The notes under the pieces: model-generated | Databases searched by the model: none | The model's input: the letters and a program-made list of their open reading frames with translations, nothing else | Told to the model about the DNA's origin: nothing | Made by a program: the position numbers and the translations under genes | Shown here: positions 7,511 through 15,895 of the stretch, in pieces | Layout of the letters: every line of letters starts with the position of its first letter | Numbering within the stretch: the stretch's first letter is position 1 | Assembly: GCA_043779265.1 (NCBI GenBank) | Contig: JAYWEM010000064.1 | Span: forward strand, 1 to 25,348 | Direction: 5' to 3' | DNA from: a bacterium | GTDB lineage: Bacteria > Eisenbacteria > RBG-16-71-46 | Length of the DNA stretch: 25,348 bases

Positions 7511-9835
7511 ATGCGTTCTCTTCTCATGGTCTGCCTGGCTTTGTCGCTCGGCGCGCCCATCGCGGCCGCCGCCGCGTTCGAGGACTTCACGGCGTTCCAC
7601 GATGCCTGGACGTCGTGGCGCGTGGACTCGACGCGCGTCGCTCGCGTGCAGAGTCTGATGCTCGAACGAGACGCCGGAGTGTTCGTGCTGGAAGAGGGCC
7701 GGCTCGCACTCGCCACGCCACTGGGCGGCAGGACCTGCGCCGCCGTGTTCAGTGGCCGGGGCACGTTCGTGTTCAACGCTCGCACCGCGGTCGAGCGCGA
7801 ACAGGTCGAGCGCTTCTATGGGCCGGGGCCGATGCGCCGCAGCTTCCGTGCCGCGACGTTCATCTTCGGCGACAGCACGCTGCGCGAGTTGCAGGAGGTG
7901 CTGCGCTTCGAGGCGGACACGATCGGGTCGCTGGGACGCGCCTGGTTGAGCACGTATCCCTATCGCACCACGCGCCTCGCGCGGACGGCGCGACCGTTCC
8001 CGGTGGCGCTCTCGGTGATGGAGGGCGGTGACGACGGCATGTTCTGGGCGCACCTGACGCAGCCCGAGAAGAACGAGCCGCTGTTCTTCATGATGAATCC
8101 GGCGAGCGCTGAACGCGTGCAGCTCTCGCGCCGCCCCGAGGACGATCGCTACGGGCTCTATCGGCGCCACGACACCGAGATCGTGAGCCAGTTCCATGCG
8201 CAGATCGATTCCGACACGCTGCGCGAGAATGCGCGCCGGGGCTGGGAGATGACTCATGTCTCACTCGATGCGGACCTCGCGCCGGACCTGAGCCTCGATG
8301 CCGGCGCCACGATCACGCTGCGCGCCCATGAGCGCCCGAGGCAGTGGCTCGCGTGGTGGCTGCCCAGCGAACTGCGCATCGACTCGCTCTCGATCGACGG
8401 CCGGCCGCAATCGTTCCTGCAGCAGGAGGAGAGCTACATGGTGTGGGTGAAGTGCGATCCGCCGCTCAAGCCTGGGCAGTATCACGCGATGCGCGTGCGC
8501 TACCACGGACGGATCCTCGAGCGCGAGAACGACTGGGTGTTCCATCAGGGCACGACCGACTGGTACCCCGAGCCATGGTACGGCAGTCGCGCCACGTGGG
8601 ATGTGCGGTTCTCGTACCCGGCCGGCATCCAACTGCTCGCCTCGGGCGAACGGATCGACGATCGCACCGAGGGCGGCCGTCGCACGAGCCGATGGGTGAC
8701 GCGTCATCCGGTGCCGTGGTGCTCGTTCGATGTGAACTTCCTGCGCGGGATCGAGGTGCGCGACGAGAGCCACCTGCCGGTGACCGTATGGATGCGGCGT
8801 ACGGACGGCGCGGGTCGCGTGCGCAAGGCCACCAGTCACGAGCTGGAGTCCGAGAAGTCGAAGGAGGCACGCGTCGCGTTCGATGTCGCACGCTGCCTGC
8901 AGTTCTACCGCACCGCGTTCGGAGAACCGATCGCGACCGAGTTCCATGCAGTCGAGACGCCATCGCTGCGCTACGAGGCGTTCCCCGGATTGATCCATAT
9001 GATGCTGGCCGCCGACCGCAGCCGATTGCCAGCGGGCGCCGAGTACACGCCCGATGTGATCCGCGCCCATGAGACCGCGCATCAGTGGTGGGGATTGTCG
9101 GTCGAGCCCGCCACCTACCGTGATGCGTGGCTGAGCGAGGGCTTCGCCGACTTCTGCAGCATCTGGTACCTGCAGAGTGCGCGACAGGACATGAAGAGCT
9201 ATCTGCGGGTGCTGGAGGATTGGCGCACGCGCCTGATCGAGAATCGCCGCTATCTGCTGGGCGGAGGGCAGGAAGCAGGCCCCATCGCGCTCGGGCCCCG
9301 CACCAACTCGAGCGCAACGCCCAGCGACTACAATCTGGTCATCTACAAGAAGGGCGCCTGGGTGTTGCACATGTTGCGCAACCTGCTGCTCGACCCAGCG
9401 AAGCCTGACGAGGTGGAGTTCCGTGCGCTGATGCGCGCGTTCCATGAGGAGTGGCGCGGCCGTCGCGCCACCACCGCCGACTTCCGCGCTGCGGTCGAGC
9501 AGGCGGTGGGAGAGGACATGGGCTGGTTCTTCCGCCAGTGGATCGAAGGCACGTCGGTGCCCAGCTACCGAGTCACATGGTCGAGCGAGCCCGCAGAAGG
9601 CGGCTCCTGGGTGGTGAAGGCGCGCATCGAACAGAGCGGGGTGCCCGAGGACTTCCGCGCGCCCGTGCTGGTGCGCGTCGACTTCGGCGAGGGACGGTTC
9701 TCCCGCCAGCGGATCTGGGTCTCGGGTCCGGTCACCGAATTGACGCTGCCGCCCGCCTCGATGCAGCCCACTGACTTCGTGTTCAACGACCTCCAGTCCG
9801 TGCTCTGCGAGATACAGAAGCCGATTCGCCGATGA
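7511..9835 (+). CDS. Secreted M1-family (gluzincin) aminopeptidase-like protein, 774 aa
   Basis: Signal peptide, HETAH-X18-E (WLSEGFA), YKKGAWVLHMLR and FFRQW. RBS GGAGGA. Confidence 0.9.
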   Translation: MRSLLMVCLALSLGAPIAAAAAFEDFTAFHDAWTSWRVDSTRVARVQSLMLERDAGVFVLEEGRLALATPLGGRTCAAVFSGRGTFVFNARTAVEREQVERFYGPGPMRRSFRAATFIFGDSTLRELQEVLRFEADTIGSLGRAWLSTYPYRTTRLARTARPFPVALSVMEGGDDGMFWAHLTQPEKNEPLFFMMNPASAERVQLSRRPEDDRYGLYRRHDTEIVSQFHAQIDSDTLRENARRGWEMTHVSLDADLAPDLSLDAGATITLRAHERPRQWLAWWLPSELRIDSLSIDGRPQSFLQQEESYMVWVKCDPPLKPGQYHAMRVRYHGRILERENDWVFHQGTTDWYPEPWYGSRATWDVRFSYPAGIQLLASGERIDDRTEGGRRTSRWVTRHPVPWCSFDVNFLRGIEVRDESHLPVTVWMRRTDGAGRVRKATSHELESEKSKEARVAFDVARCLQFYRTAFGEPIATEFHAVETPSLRYEAFPGLIHMMLAADRSRLPAGAEYTPDVIRAHETAHQWWGLSVEPATYRDAWLSEGFADFCSIWYLQSARQDMKSYLRVLEDWRTRLIENRRYLLGGGQEAGPIALGPRTNSSATPSDYNLVIYKKGAWVLHMLRNLLLDPAKPDEVEFRALMRAFHEEWRGRRATTADFRAAVEQAVGEDMGWFFRQWIEGTSVPSYRVTWSSEPAEGGSWVVKARIEQSGVPEDFRAPVLVRVDFGEGRFSRQRIWVSGPVTELTLPPASMQPTDFVFNDLQSVLCEIQKPIRR

Positions 9836-9855
9836 CCTCGTTCCGAGGAGTACCC

Positions 9856-10821
9856 ATGCGACGCATCCTGCCCGCTGCCGCCCTGGTGTTCGCCGTGCTC
9901 GCGCTGATCGTGAGTGCCTGCACCACCATCACCACCGCCGCCACGCCGCCCACGTTCGGCGACGCGTTCTGGAAGCACTGGGGCGACGGCCAGGCCGAGT
10001 TGGCGGGCTATGACCTGGTGAGCCCGCGCTACGGTGAGGCGCGCAGCGGCGTCGCCGTGACCATCTTCGTCACCGAGACGTTCTCGAACTCGGCGCGCGT
10101 GAAGGCCGACCCCGGGAAGCATCCCGGGTCGGATGAGTTCCCGGTCATGAAACTGAATCTGATGCACGATTATCCGACTGGCATCTACGACTACAACATG
10201 ATGACCAGCGCGTTCTCGGCGCTCAGCGCGGTCAACGGGCGGCCCGCAGGCGCGGTGACCAAGGTGAGTTTCTCGGCGCAGGAGTGGTGCGGGCACACCT
10301 ACTCGCAGTTGCTGTTCGATGCCAAGAGCGCCCGCTACACGAGTCACAGCTACTTCGATGGCGAGGCCGACCAGGCGAGCACGCTGCAGGTGCCCGTCGA
10401 TGCGATCAGCGAGGACGCGCTCTTGATGTGGGCGCGTGGCTTCGTGGGGCCCGTGCTGGCCGGTGGCCAGTCGATCGAGGTGCCGCTCGTCGGGTCGCTC
10501 CGGGCTTCTCGCCTGCTCCATCAGAGTGAGGATGTGCGCTCGGTGAAGCTCACGCGCGAGTCCGCCGCACGCAGTGTCACGGTTCCGGCCGGCATGTTCG
10601 AGTGCGACGTGCTCACGGCGGCGATCACGGGCGGCCGCACCTGGACCGTGCTCGTCGAGCGAGCTGCGCCGCGACGGATCGTGCGTTGGGAGGTGAGTGA
10701 TGGTGAGGTGGCGCAACTGCTGGCCGCCGACCGCATGGCCTACTGGAAGATGAACGGCCCCGGGTTCCAGAAGGAACTGGCGCGACTGGGGCTCTCGCCG
10801 CGCACGGCGCGCATGCCGTGA
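9856..10821 (+). CDS. Conserved hypothetical lipoprotein, 321 aa
   Basis: RBS GAGGAG, lipobox-like IVSAC, and conserved-looking blocks WGDGQAEL, RYGE, FVTE, KLN, TGIYDY, QEWCG and SHSYF. Confidence 0.85.
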   Translation: MRRILPAAALVFAVLALIVSACTTITTAATPPTFGDAFWKHWGDGQAELAGYDLVSPRYGEARSGVAVTIFVTETFSNSARVKADPGKHPGSDEFPVMKLNLMHDYPTGIYDYNMMTSAFSALSAVNGRPAGAVTKVSFSAQEWCGHTYSQLLFDAKSARYTSHSYFDGEADQASTLQVPVDAISEDALLMWARGFVGPVLAGGQSIEVPLVGSLRASRLLHQSEDVRSVKLTRESAARSVTVPAGMFECDVLTAAITGGRTWTVLVERAAPRRIVRWEVSDGEVAQLLAADRMAYWKMNGPGFQKELARLGLSPRTARMP

Positions 10822-10832
10822 GTGGCGCCGCG

Positions 10833-10852
10833 TGTCACCCCTCGCGGTGACA
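10833..10852. promoter_or_regulatory. Palindrome TGTCACC-N6-GGTGACA, candidate enhancer (UAS) site
   Basis: Perfect inverted repeat about 100 bp upstream of the sigma54-type motif, identical in copy 2 (15782-15801). Confidence 0.55.
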
Positions 10853-10946
10853 GTCCGGCCGAGAGGACGTGACAACGACACAGCGGCTCGCACACGCGGG
10901 CCGCTGTTCGCGTGTGTTCTGCGGCGGTTCGCACACGCTCCGCGCT

Positions 10947-10962
10947 TGGCACGCGTGATGCT
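10947..10962 (+). promoter_or_regulatory. Sigma54 (RpoN) -24/-12 promoter
   Basis: TGGCACG-CGTG-ATGCT has exact GG-N10-GC spacing and one mismatch to TGGCACGNNNNTTGC. Confidence 0.7.
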
Positions 10963-11040
10963 GCGTTCGTGTGCGTTCCCATCCTCCAGAAGAGCACCGG
11001 GCCACGAGACCGCAGGCCGCAGTGCGGCGAGGGAGGGTGT

Positions 11041-11997
11041 GTGCGAGTGGTTGCGATGATGGTGGTGGGGATGTTGATGGGCGATGGCGCCGGGGCCGAG
11101 CGGGTGCCCGTTCGGGGGCTCACCGACTGCCCAGTCGGCGAGGTGCGAACCTGCGCACCCGAGAACCCCTACCTCGAGATCGGTTGGGGACTCAGGGAGG
11201 TCAGCTGTGAGATCTCGCTGACGCCGGGCGAGCCGCTGGAGACCGTCGAGGCTTTCTACCGCGCGTACGCGCGCATCGATGTCGAGGGTCTCTCGCAGCG
11301 GACGCACGCCGAGTTCGTCTCGCTCTCGGAGGACCCCGAGTTCCGCGCGGCGTATCCCCAGGGGCTGTCCCTCGCCGGCGAACTGCGAGTGCTCGAGGGG
11401 ATCCGCGCGAGCGTTGCGGCGGCGACCGGTGAGCGCGTGGCGCTGTCGGTGGTGCATCAGGGGCTGACGCTCGAGTCGAGCGACGGCTCGGATACCGCCG
11501 TGGTCGTGGCCGCGGTGCCGGTGCTTCGCATCCAGGCGAGCGGGCAGGAGGAGCAGGTCGCCTCGCTCCGACACCGGTTCGTGCTCGTGCGTGCTGAGGG
11601 GAGCGATGGCGACTGGCGGATCCTGCGCTGGATCGAGGAGCTGGGCGAGCCCGACACCACAGGCCGCGACACGGTTCTCGTCGCACGAGTGCCCGATCGC
11701 AGCCCTGTGGCGCCCGCATTCGAAGAGGACCTGCCGCCCGAGCTCGCGTTCGCTCGTGCGGCCGCCGAGCCGGGGCCGTTGCTGGTGTTCGCGCTCGCGC
11801 TGCCGCGCACGACCGACGTGACCGTGTCGCTGCTCGACGTGCAAGGCCGTGTGCAGGAACGCGCGCGCTGGCCCGGCATGGCAGGTGGTCGACACACCCT
11901 GCGCCTGAGCGGCGCGAACGCCGCACCCGGCATCTACTGGGCGCGCCTTCATGCAGGCGCCGAGCAACGCAACGTGCGAGTGACCCTGGTGCGGTGA
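11041..11997 (+). CDS. Secreted protein with an NTF2-like domain and a C-terminal FlgD-Ig/T9SS-CTD-like domain (paralog 1)
   Basis: GAGGGAGG precedes GTG 11041 (ATG 11056 is the alternative). Hydrophobic N-terminus, ETVEAFYRAY..WRILRWIEE, and C-terminal VSLLDVQGR..PGIYWARL..VRVTLVR. Confidence 0.8.
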   Translation: MRVVAMMVVGMLMGDGAGAERVPVRGLTDCPVGEVRTCAPENPYLEIGWGLREVSCEISLTPGEPLETVEAFYRAYARIDVEGLSQRTHAEFVSLSEDPEFRAAYPQGLSLAGELRVLEGIRASVAAATGERVALSVVHQGLTLESSDGSDTAVVVAAVPVLRIQASGQEEQVASLRHRFVLVRAEGSDGDWRILRWIEELGEPDTTGRDTVLVARVPDRSPVAPAFEEDLPPELAFARAAAEPGPLLVFALALPRTTDVTVSLLDVQGRVQERARWPGMAGGRHTLRLSGANAAPGIYWARLHAGAEQRNVRVTLVR

Positions 11998-12001
11998 AGG
12001 A

Positions 12002-12036
12002 CGGCGGGCGGTCGTCGGCAGAACGACCGCCCGCCG
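12002..12036. terminator. Perfect 14-bp GC-rich hairpin without a U-tract
   Basis: CGGCGGGCGGTCGT-cggcaga-ACGACCGCCCGCCG begins 4 nt after the stop codon. Confidence 0.6.
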
Positions 12037-12489
12037 ATGCGGGGGCTGCCCGGCGAGCGCGTCTCGGAGAGCCGCGATCAGGCCGACCGAAGACAGGGGC
12101 GCATCGTCACCCTGTCGTTTCCGGCCACGGCCGGCGCTCCGGGCGAGGCGGCGGCGCTGGGCGGAGCTGTTGCGGATGATCTTCAAGGTGGACCTCGAGG
12201 TGTGCCGTCGCTGTGGCGGCGAGATGCGCATCCTCGCGTTCGTGACGGAGCACGCGGTGGTCAGGCGCATCCTCGCGCACCTCGAGCGGCGCGGCGTGGA
12301 CGCGCGCGCGGGACCGTGGGCGGGAGCGGCGGCGGGGTAGAGCGGGTCAGTGCGCGGGCCCTCGGCGAGCAGGCAAGCCGGGCGGGCTGACGGGTGCGCT
12401 GCGGCGGGGCTGCGGGAAGGGGAGAAAGCCCTTGGGCGATGGTCAGGACGCAGGTAGGCTCGCAGGCGCGCGAAAGGAAATTCCTATCC
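12037..12489 (+). mobile_element. IS91/ISCR-family remnant: transposase C-terminal fragment plus oriIS-like end
   Basis: 12158-12340 encodes WAELLRMIFKVDLEVCRRCGGEMRILAFVTEHAVVRRILAHL. About 135 nt later is GGAAATTCCTATCC (12476-12489), where an unrelated gene fragment begins. The left boundary is uncertain. Confidence 0.8.
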
Positions 12490-13059
12490 GTCGAGGTGGC
12501 GGACAGCGGCCTCCACCGCGGCGACATGGCGGCCGGGCTGCGCTCGGCACTCGCTCAGTCGTGCACCGCCGAGCGCAGCGATCTGATCGCCGCGCGCCAT
12601 GCGGTCGCCATGCAGGCGGCGGCGATGGTCAAGGAGCGCGGCGGCTGGATCGCCACGCTCTCGGCGAGCGGCACGGTGCGCGACGCGATCCTCGAGGCCC
12701 ACCGCGGCGGGCGCGAGCCGCGGGCGCTGATTGCGGAGAGCCGGCCGCGTTACGAGGGCCGCGCGTTGGCCGCGGCGCTGGCCGCCGCCCTCGCCGCGCG
12801 CGAGCACTCGGTGCCGGTCTACGCGCTCGCCGAACGCCGCAAGTTCGTGCCCGCCGGCACCTCCGCACTCACCATCGTCGAGATGCCCGCGCCCGAGGTG
12901 TGGGACTCGCCGGCGCTCGGGGTCCAGCCGCGCAACGTGTACTTCGAGTGCGTGCCGCTGCCGCGCGGTGTCGTGGTCGAGGACGCGGTGCTCCCTCCCG
13001 GCGAGACCGCGGCGCTGGCCCGCGAACGGGCGCTGCCGGCGGAGCTGGTACGGGCCTGA
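12490..13059 (+). pseudogene. eIF-2B alpha/beta/delta (MtnA/R15P isomerase-like) family pseudogene
   Basis: Motifs IATLSASGTV, AESRPRYEG, VPVYALAERRKF and RNVYFECVPL. It lacks the N-terminus and the central GAD/NKxGT segment. Confidence 0.8.
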
Positions 13060-13090
13060 GCGATCCCGAGTCGTGTCGCGCCCGCGCGCA

Positions 13091-14677
13091 TCAGAGCTGG
13101 ACGAATCGTCGCACCTGCGCCCGGCCCGCGATCGTCAGGCGGACCAGATAGACGCCACGCGGCGGCGTCCCACCGGTCTCGTCCCGGGCATCCCAGAGCA
13201 CCCGGTGCGGCCCGGCGCCGAGGTCCGATCGGATCAGGCTACGTGCGCGCCGCCCGGCGGCATCGAAGATGACCAACTCGACCGGCGCGTCCGCGGCCAA
13301 CGTGAACGCGATTTCCACCGGCCCTGCGGAGGGTGAGGGCGAAGGCACCCGGAACTCGACCGCCGCCGGTCCGGGAGCGGGCGCCGAGACGATCCCGGTA
13401 TAGGCGATGCGGCGGATCTGACCGCTCGCCGGCTCGAAGAAGCCGCTGAACGACTGGCCATACCAGAGCGCGCCATCGGGGCCGAGCAGCATGCTCGCGA
13501 TCAGGCCGTTGCCGCTCGACCAGTTATCGGCGTCGGGCTGGCCGGGGGCCGGCGGCGCGGGCGCCCAGACGTTCCCGGTACGCACCAGACGCCGGATCCA
13601 TCCACGATAGAAGTCGGTGAAGAACGCGTTGCCCTCGTACTCCGGAGGGAAGCGCACCGGGACTCCCGGCAGCCGCCGGTAGATCGGCCCACCGATCACC
13701 GAGACCGGCGATCCCGACATGGGGCGCGGGTAGGCGTAGATCGGGGCCGTGAACCCGGTGGTGTCCACGTCCGGGCAGGTGACACCGGTGCGGAGCGGCC
13801 CCTCGAAGTGCGGCCAGCCGAAGTTCATGCCGGGCGCCGGGGCCCAGTTCACCTCTTCCCGGTCGAGGGCGCCCACATCGCCGATCAGCAGATCGCCGGT
13901 GGTGGGGTCGACCCCGAAGCCGAACGGGTTGCGCAGCCCGTAGGCGTACACCAGCCGGGCCCGCGGATTCGCGTGGCTCACGAACGGATTGTCCGCCGGC
14001 GTCAGGAACGCGAGCGGCGCCGGACCGCCCGGACCGGCGGGGAGTTGCGACACGTCGAGCCGCAGGATCTTGCCCTGCAGGCGCGTGAGGTCCTGCGCGG
14101 CGCAGCCCGGGCCGTCGTCGCCGAGGCTGGAGTAAAGTCTGCCGTCCGGACCGAAGCGCAGCGTCCCGCCGTTGTGGACGAGGCTGTTGTCAGGCAGGTC
14201 CACCATCAGGTCGTAACGGCTTGCTGGATTCAGTGTGAAGGCGCCGTCTCCCGCGAATCCGAGGTCACCGACCGCCGTATAGCGCGAGATGCGGATCACC
14301 GGGGCGCCGACGTAGTCGTACTGCACGTAGACGTAGGGGCGGGCGGGCCAGCCCGGATCCACCGCCACGCCGAGCAGGCCCTGCTCGCCGTAGGCCGAGC
14401 GCACACTGTCCACCACGCCAGCCGGATCGATCGCCGCCAGCGCCCCGTTGACCACCAGCCGCAGTCGGGCGGTCGCGCGCTCGGCGATCAGCACACGCGA
14501 CCCCGGAACGAACGCGAACGCCACCGGTTCATCGAGGCCTCCGATGACCGGGAGGTCCACGAAGTCGGCGGGGACCGTCTGCTGAGCGTCGACGGGCGTC
14601 GCGATCGCAACGCCCGCCAGAGCAGCGGCCAGGACAGCGACGGCCCAACGCACCCGCCCGCCACGACGCCGCGCCAT
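13091..14677 (-). CDS. PQQ-dependent glucose/sorbosone dehydrogenase family protein with a C-terminal FlgD-Ig/CTD-like domain, 528 aa
   Basis: RBS GGAGG, signal peptide, HNGG..FGPDG, GKILR, PADNPF, GLRNP and NFGWP. C-terminal IFDAAGRR..WDARDETG..GVYLVRL. Confidence 0.9.
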   Translation of the reverse strand: MARRRGGRVRWAVAVLAAALAGVAIATPVDAQQTVPADFVDLPVIGGLDEPVAFAFVPGSRVLIAERATARLRLVVNGALAAIDPAGVVDSVRSAYGEQGLLGVAVDPGWPARPYVYVQYDYVGAPVIRISRYTAVGDLGFAGDGAFTLNPASRYDLMVDLPDNSLVHNGGTLRFGPDGRLYSSLGDDGPGCAAQDLTRLQGKILRLDVSQLPAGPGGPAPLAFLTPADNPFVSHANPRARLVYAYGLRNPFGFGVDPTTGDLLIGDVGALDREEVNWAPAPGMNFGWPHFEGPLRTGVTCPDVDTTGFTAPIYAYPRPMSGSPVSVIGGPIYRRLPGVPVRFPPEYEGNAFFTDFYRGWIRRLVRTGNVWAPAPPAPGQPDADNWSSGNGLIASMLLGPDGALWYGQSFSGFFEPASGQIRRIAYTGIVSAPAPGPAAVEFRVPSPSPSAGPVEIAFTLAADAPVELVIFDAAGRRARSLIRSDLGAGPHRVLWDARDETGGTPPRGVYLVRLTIAGRAQVRRFVQL

Positions 14678-14687
14678 GCGAACCTCC

Positions 14688-15556
14688 TGCCTCTGATCAC
14701 CAGCGAATGGGACGAGCTTCGCCACCGGCCTCGCCAGATCCGCTCCCTCACGAATGCGCACCACCTCGGCCACGTCCTTGTAGGCCTCGCTGGTCTCCTC
14801 GCCGAGCGTATCACACGACCCTCGGAGGGCACCCCCACGCCCGCCGCGCGCGGCTCGGCGACCAGAACTCGGCCGCGGGCCTCCCGCACCGCCTGGGTGC
14901 GGCTCATCTGGCGGCCGGCGCCGTGGCACGACGAGCCGAACGCGTGATGCATCGCCCCCTGGGCACCGATCAACACGAACGAGTAGCGGCCCATGTCTCC
15001 GGGCACCAGCACCGGCTGACCGACCGCGCGGCAGGCGGCGGGCACGGCGGGGTGACCGGCCGGGATCGAGCGCGTCGCCCCCTTGCGATGGACCAGGCAG
15101 CGCACCCGGCCGCCCGCGGTTTCGTGCGACTCGAACTTGGCGATGTTGTGTGCCACGTCATAGATGAGCGTGAGGCCGATCGACTCGGCGTTGCGCTCGA
15201 GCACCGACTCGAACGCGCGGCGCACCTTGTCGGCGATGAACTGGCGGTTTGCCCACGCGTAGTTGGCCGCAGCGCGCATCGCCCCCAGGTAGGCCCCGGC
15301 CTCGGCGTCTTGAGCGGAGCGCAGGCCAGCTGGCGGTCGGGGAGCGTGATGCCCCAGCCCGAGAGCTTGCGCGAGACATAGCGCACGTGGTCGGTGCACA
15401 CTTGGTGGCCAAGCCCGCGCGAGCCGCAGTGGATCATCATCGTGACGAGGCCGCGCTCGATCCCGAACGCCCAGGCCGCGTCCGCGTCGTAGATCTCGGA
15501 CACCTCCTGCACCTCGAGGAAGTGATTGCCCGAGCCCAGCGTGCCGAGCTGATCCC
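14688..15556 (-). pseudogene. rtcB: RtcB RNA ligase pseudogene (5'-truncated, frameshifted)
   Basis: QLGTLGSGNHF, IHCGSRGLGH, YDVAHN, VHRKGAT, PGDMG, SSCHGAGR and AYKDV are spread over three frames. Frameshifts lie near 15303, 14813 and probably 14700. Confidence 0.93.
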
Positions 15557-15557
15557 C

Positions 15558-15770
15558 ATGACCAGCGCGTTCTCGGCATTGACCGCGGTGAACGGCCGGC
15601 CTGCGGGCTCGGTCAGCAAGGTGTCGTTCTCGGCGCAGGAGTGGTGCGGGCATGTGTACGCGCAGCTCCTGGCCGCCGATCGCTTCGCCTACTGGCAGAT
15701 GGACGGCCCTGGGTTCGAGAAGGAACTGGCGCGACTGGGGCGCTCGCCGCGAACGGCGCGCATGCCGTGA
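15558..15770 (+). pseudogene. Truncated, internally deleted copy of the 9856-10821 lipoprotein gene
   Basis: MTSAFSALTAVNGRP..QEWCGHVYAQLL is joined directly to AADRFAYW..RTARMP. 408 nt are missing relative to copy 1. Confidence 0.9.
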
Positions 15771-15895
15771 GTAGCGCCACCTGTCACCCCTCGCGGTGAC
15801 AGTCCGGCCGAGATGACGTGACAACGACACAGCGGCTCGCACACGCGGGCCGCTGTCCGCGTGTGTTCTGCGGCGGTTCGCACACGCTCCGCGCT

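Larger units (their letters stand above)
10201..12036 (+). repeat. Copy 1 of a duplicated module (partner at 15558-16950)
   Basis: 10201-10314 matches 15558 onward (offset 5357). 10711-11075 matches at offset about 4949. The 3' part and hairpin match at offset 4914. Confidence 0.95.

Noticed and set aside
12055..12074. 19/20-nt match GAGCG(C/A)GTCTCGGAGAGCCG with 24975-24994
   Set aside because: Only two copies, and a match of this length is plausible by chance in 25 kb of high-GC DNA.
9565..12270. 901-aa minus-strand ORF and other long antisense ORFs (1327-2835, 17624-19708, 20266-22077, 22159-24123)
   Set aside because: These are shadow frames of high-GC genes with no recognisable motifs.
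13091..14929. 612-aa RtcB-dehydrogenase fusion protein
   Set aside because: The upstream part is pseudogene sequence. The RBS and signal peptide support a start at 14677.
15139..15154. Minus-strand TGGCAC as a sigma54 promoter for the dehydrogenase
   Set aside because: GG-to-GC spacing is not 10 nt, and the sequence is explained by the VAHNIA codons of rtcB.
14688..15556. rtcB as a programmed-frameshift or split functional gene
   Set aside because: It has multiple frameshifts, no slippery sites, and the whole N-terminal catalytic region is missing.
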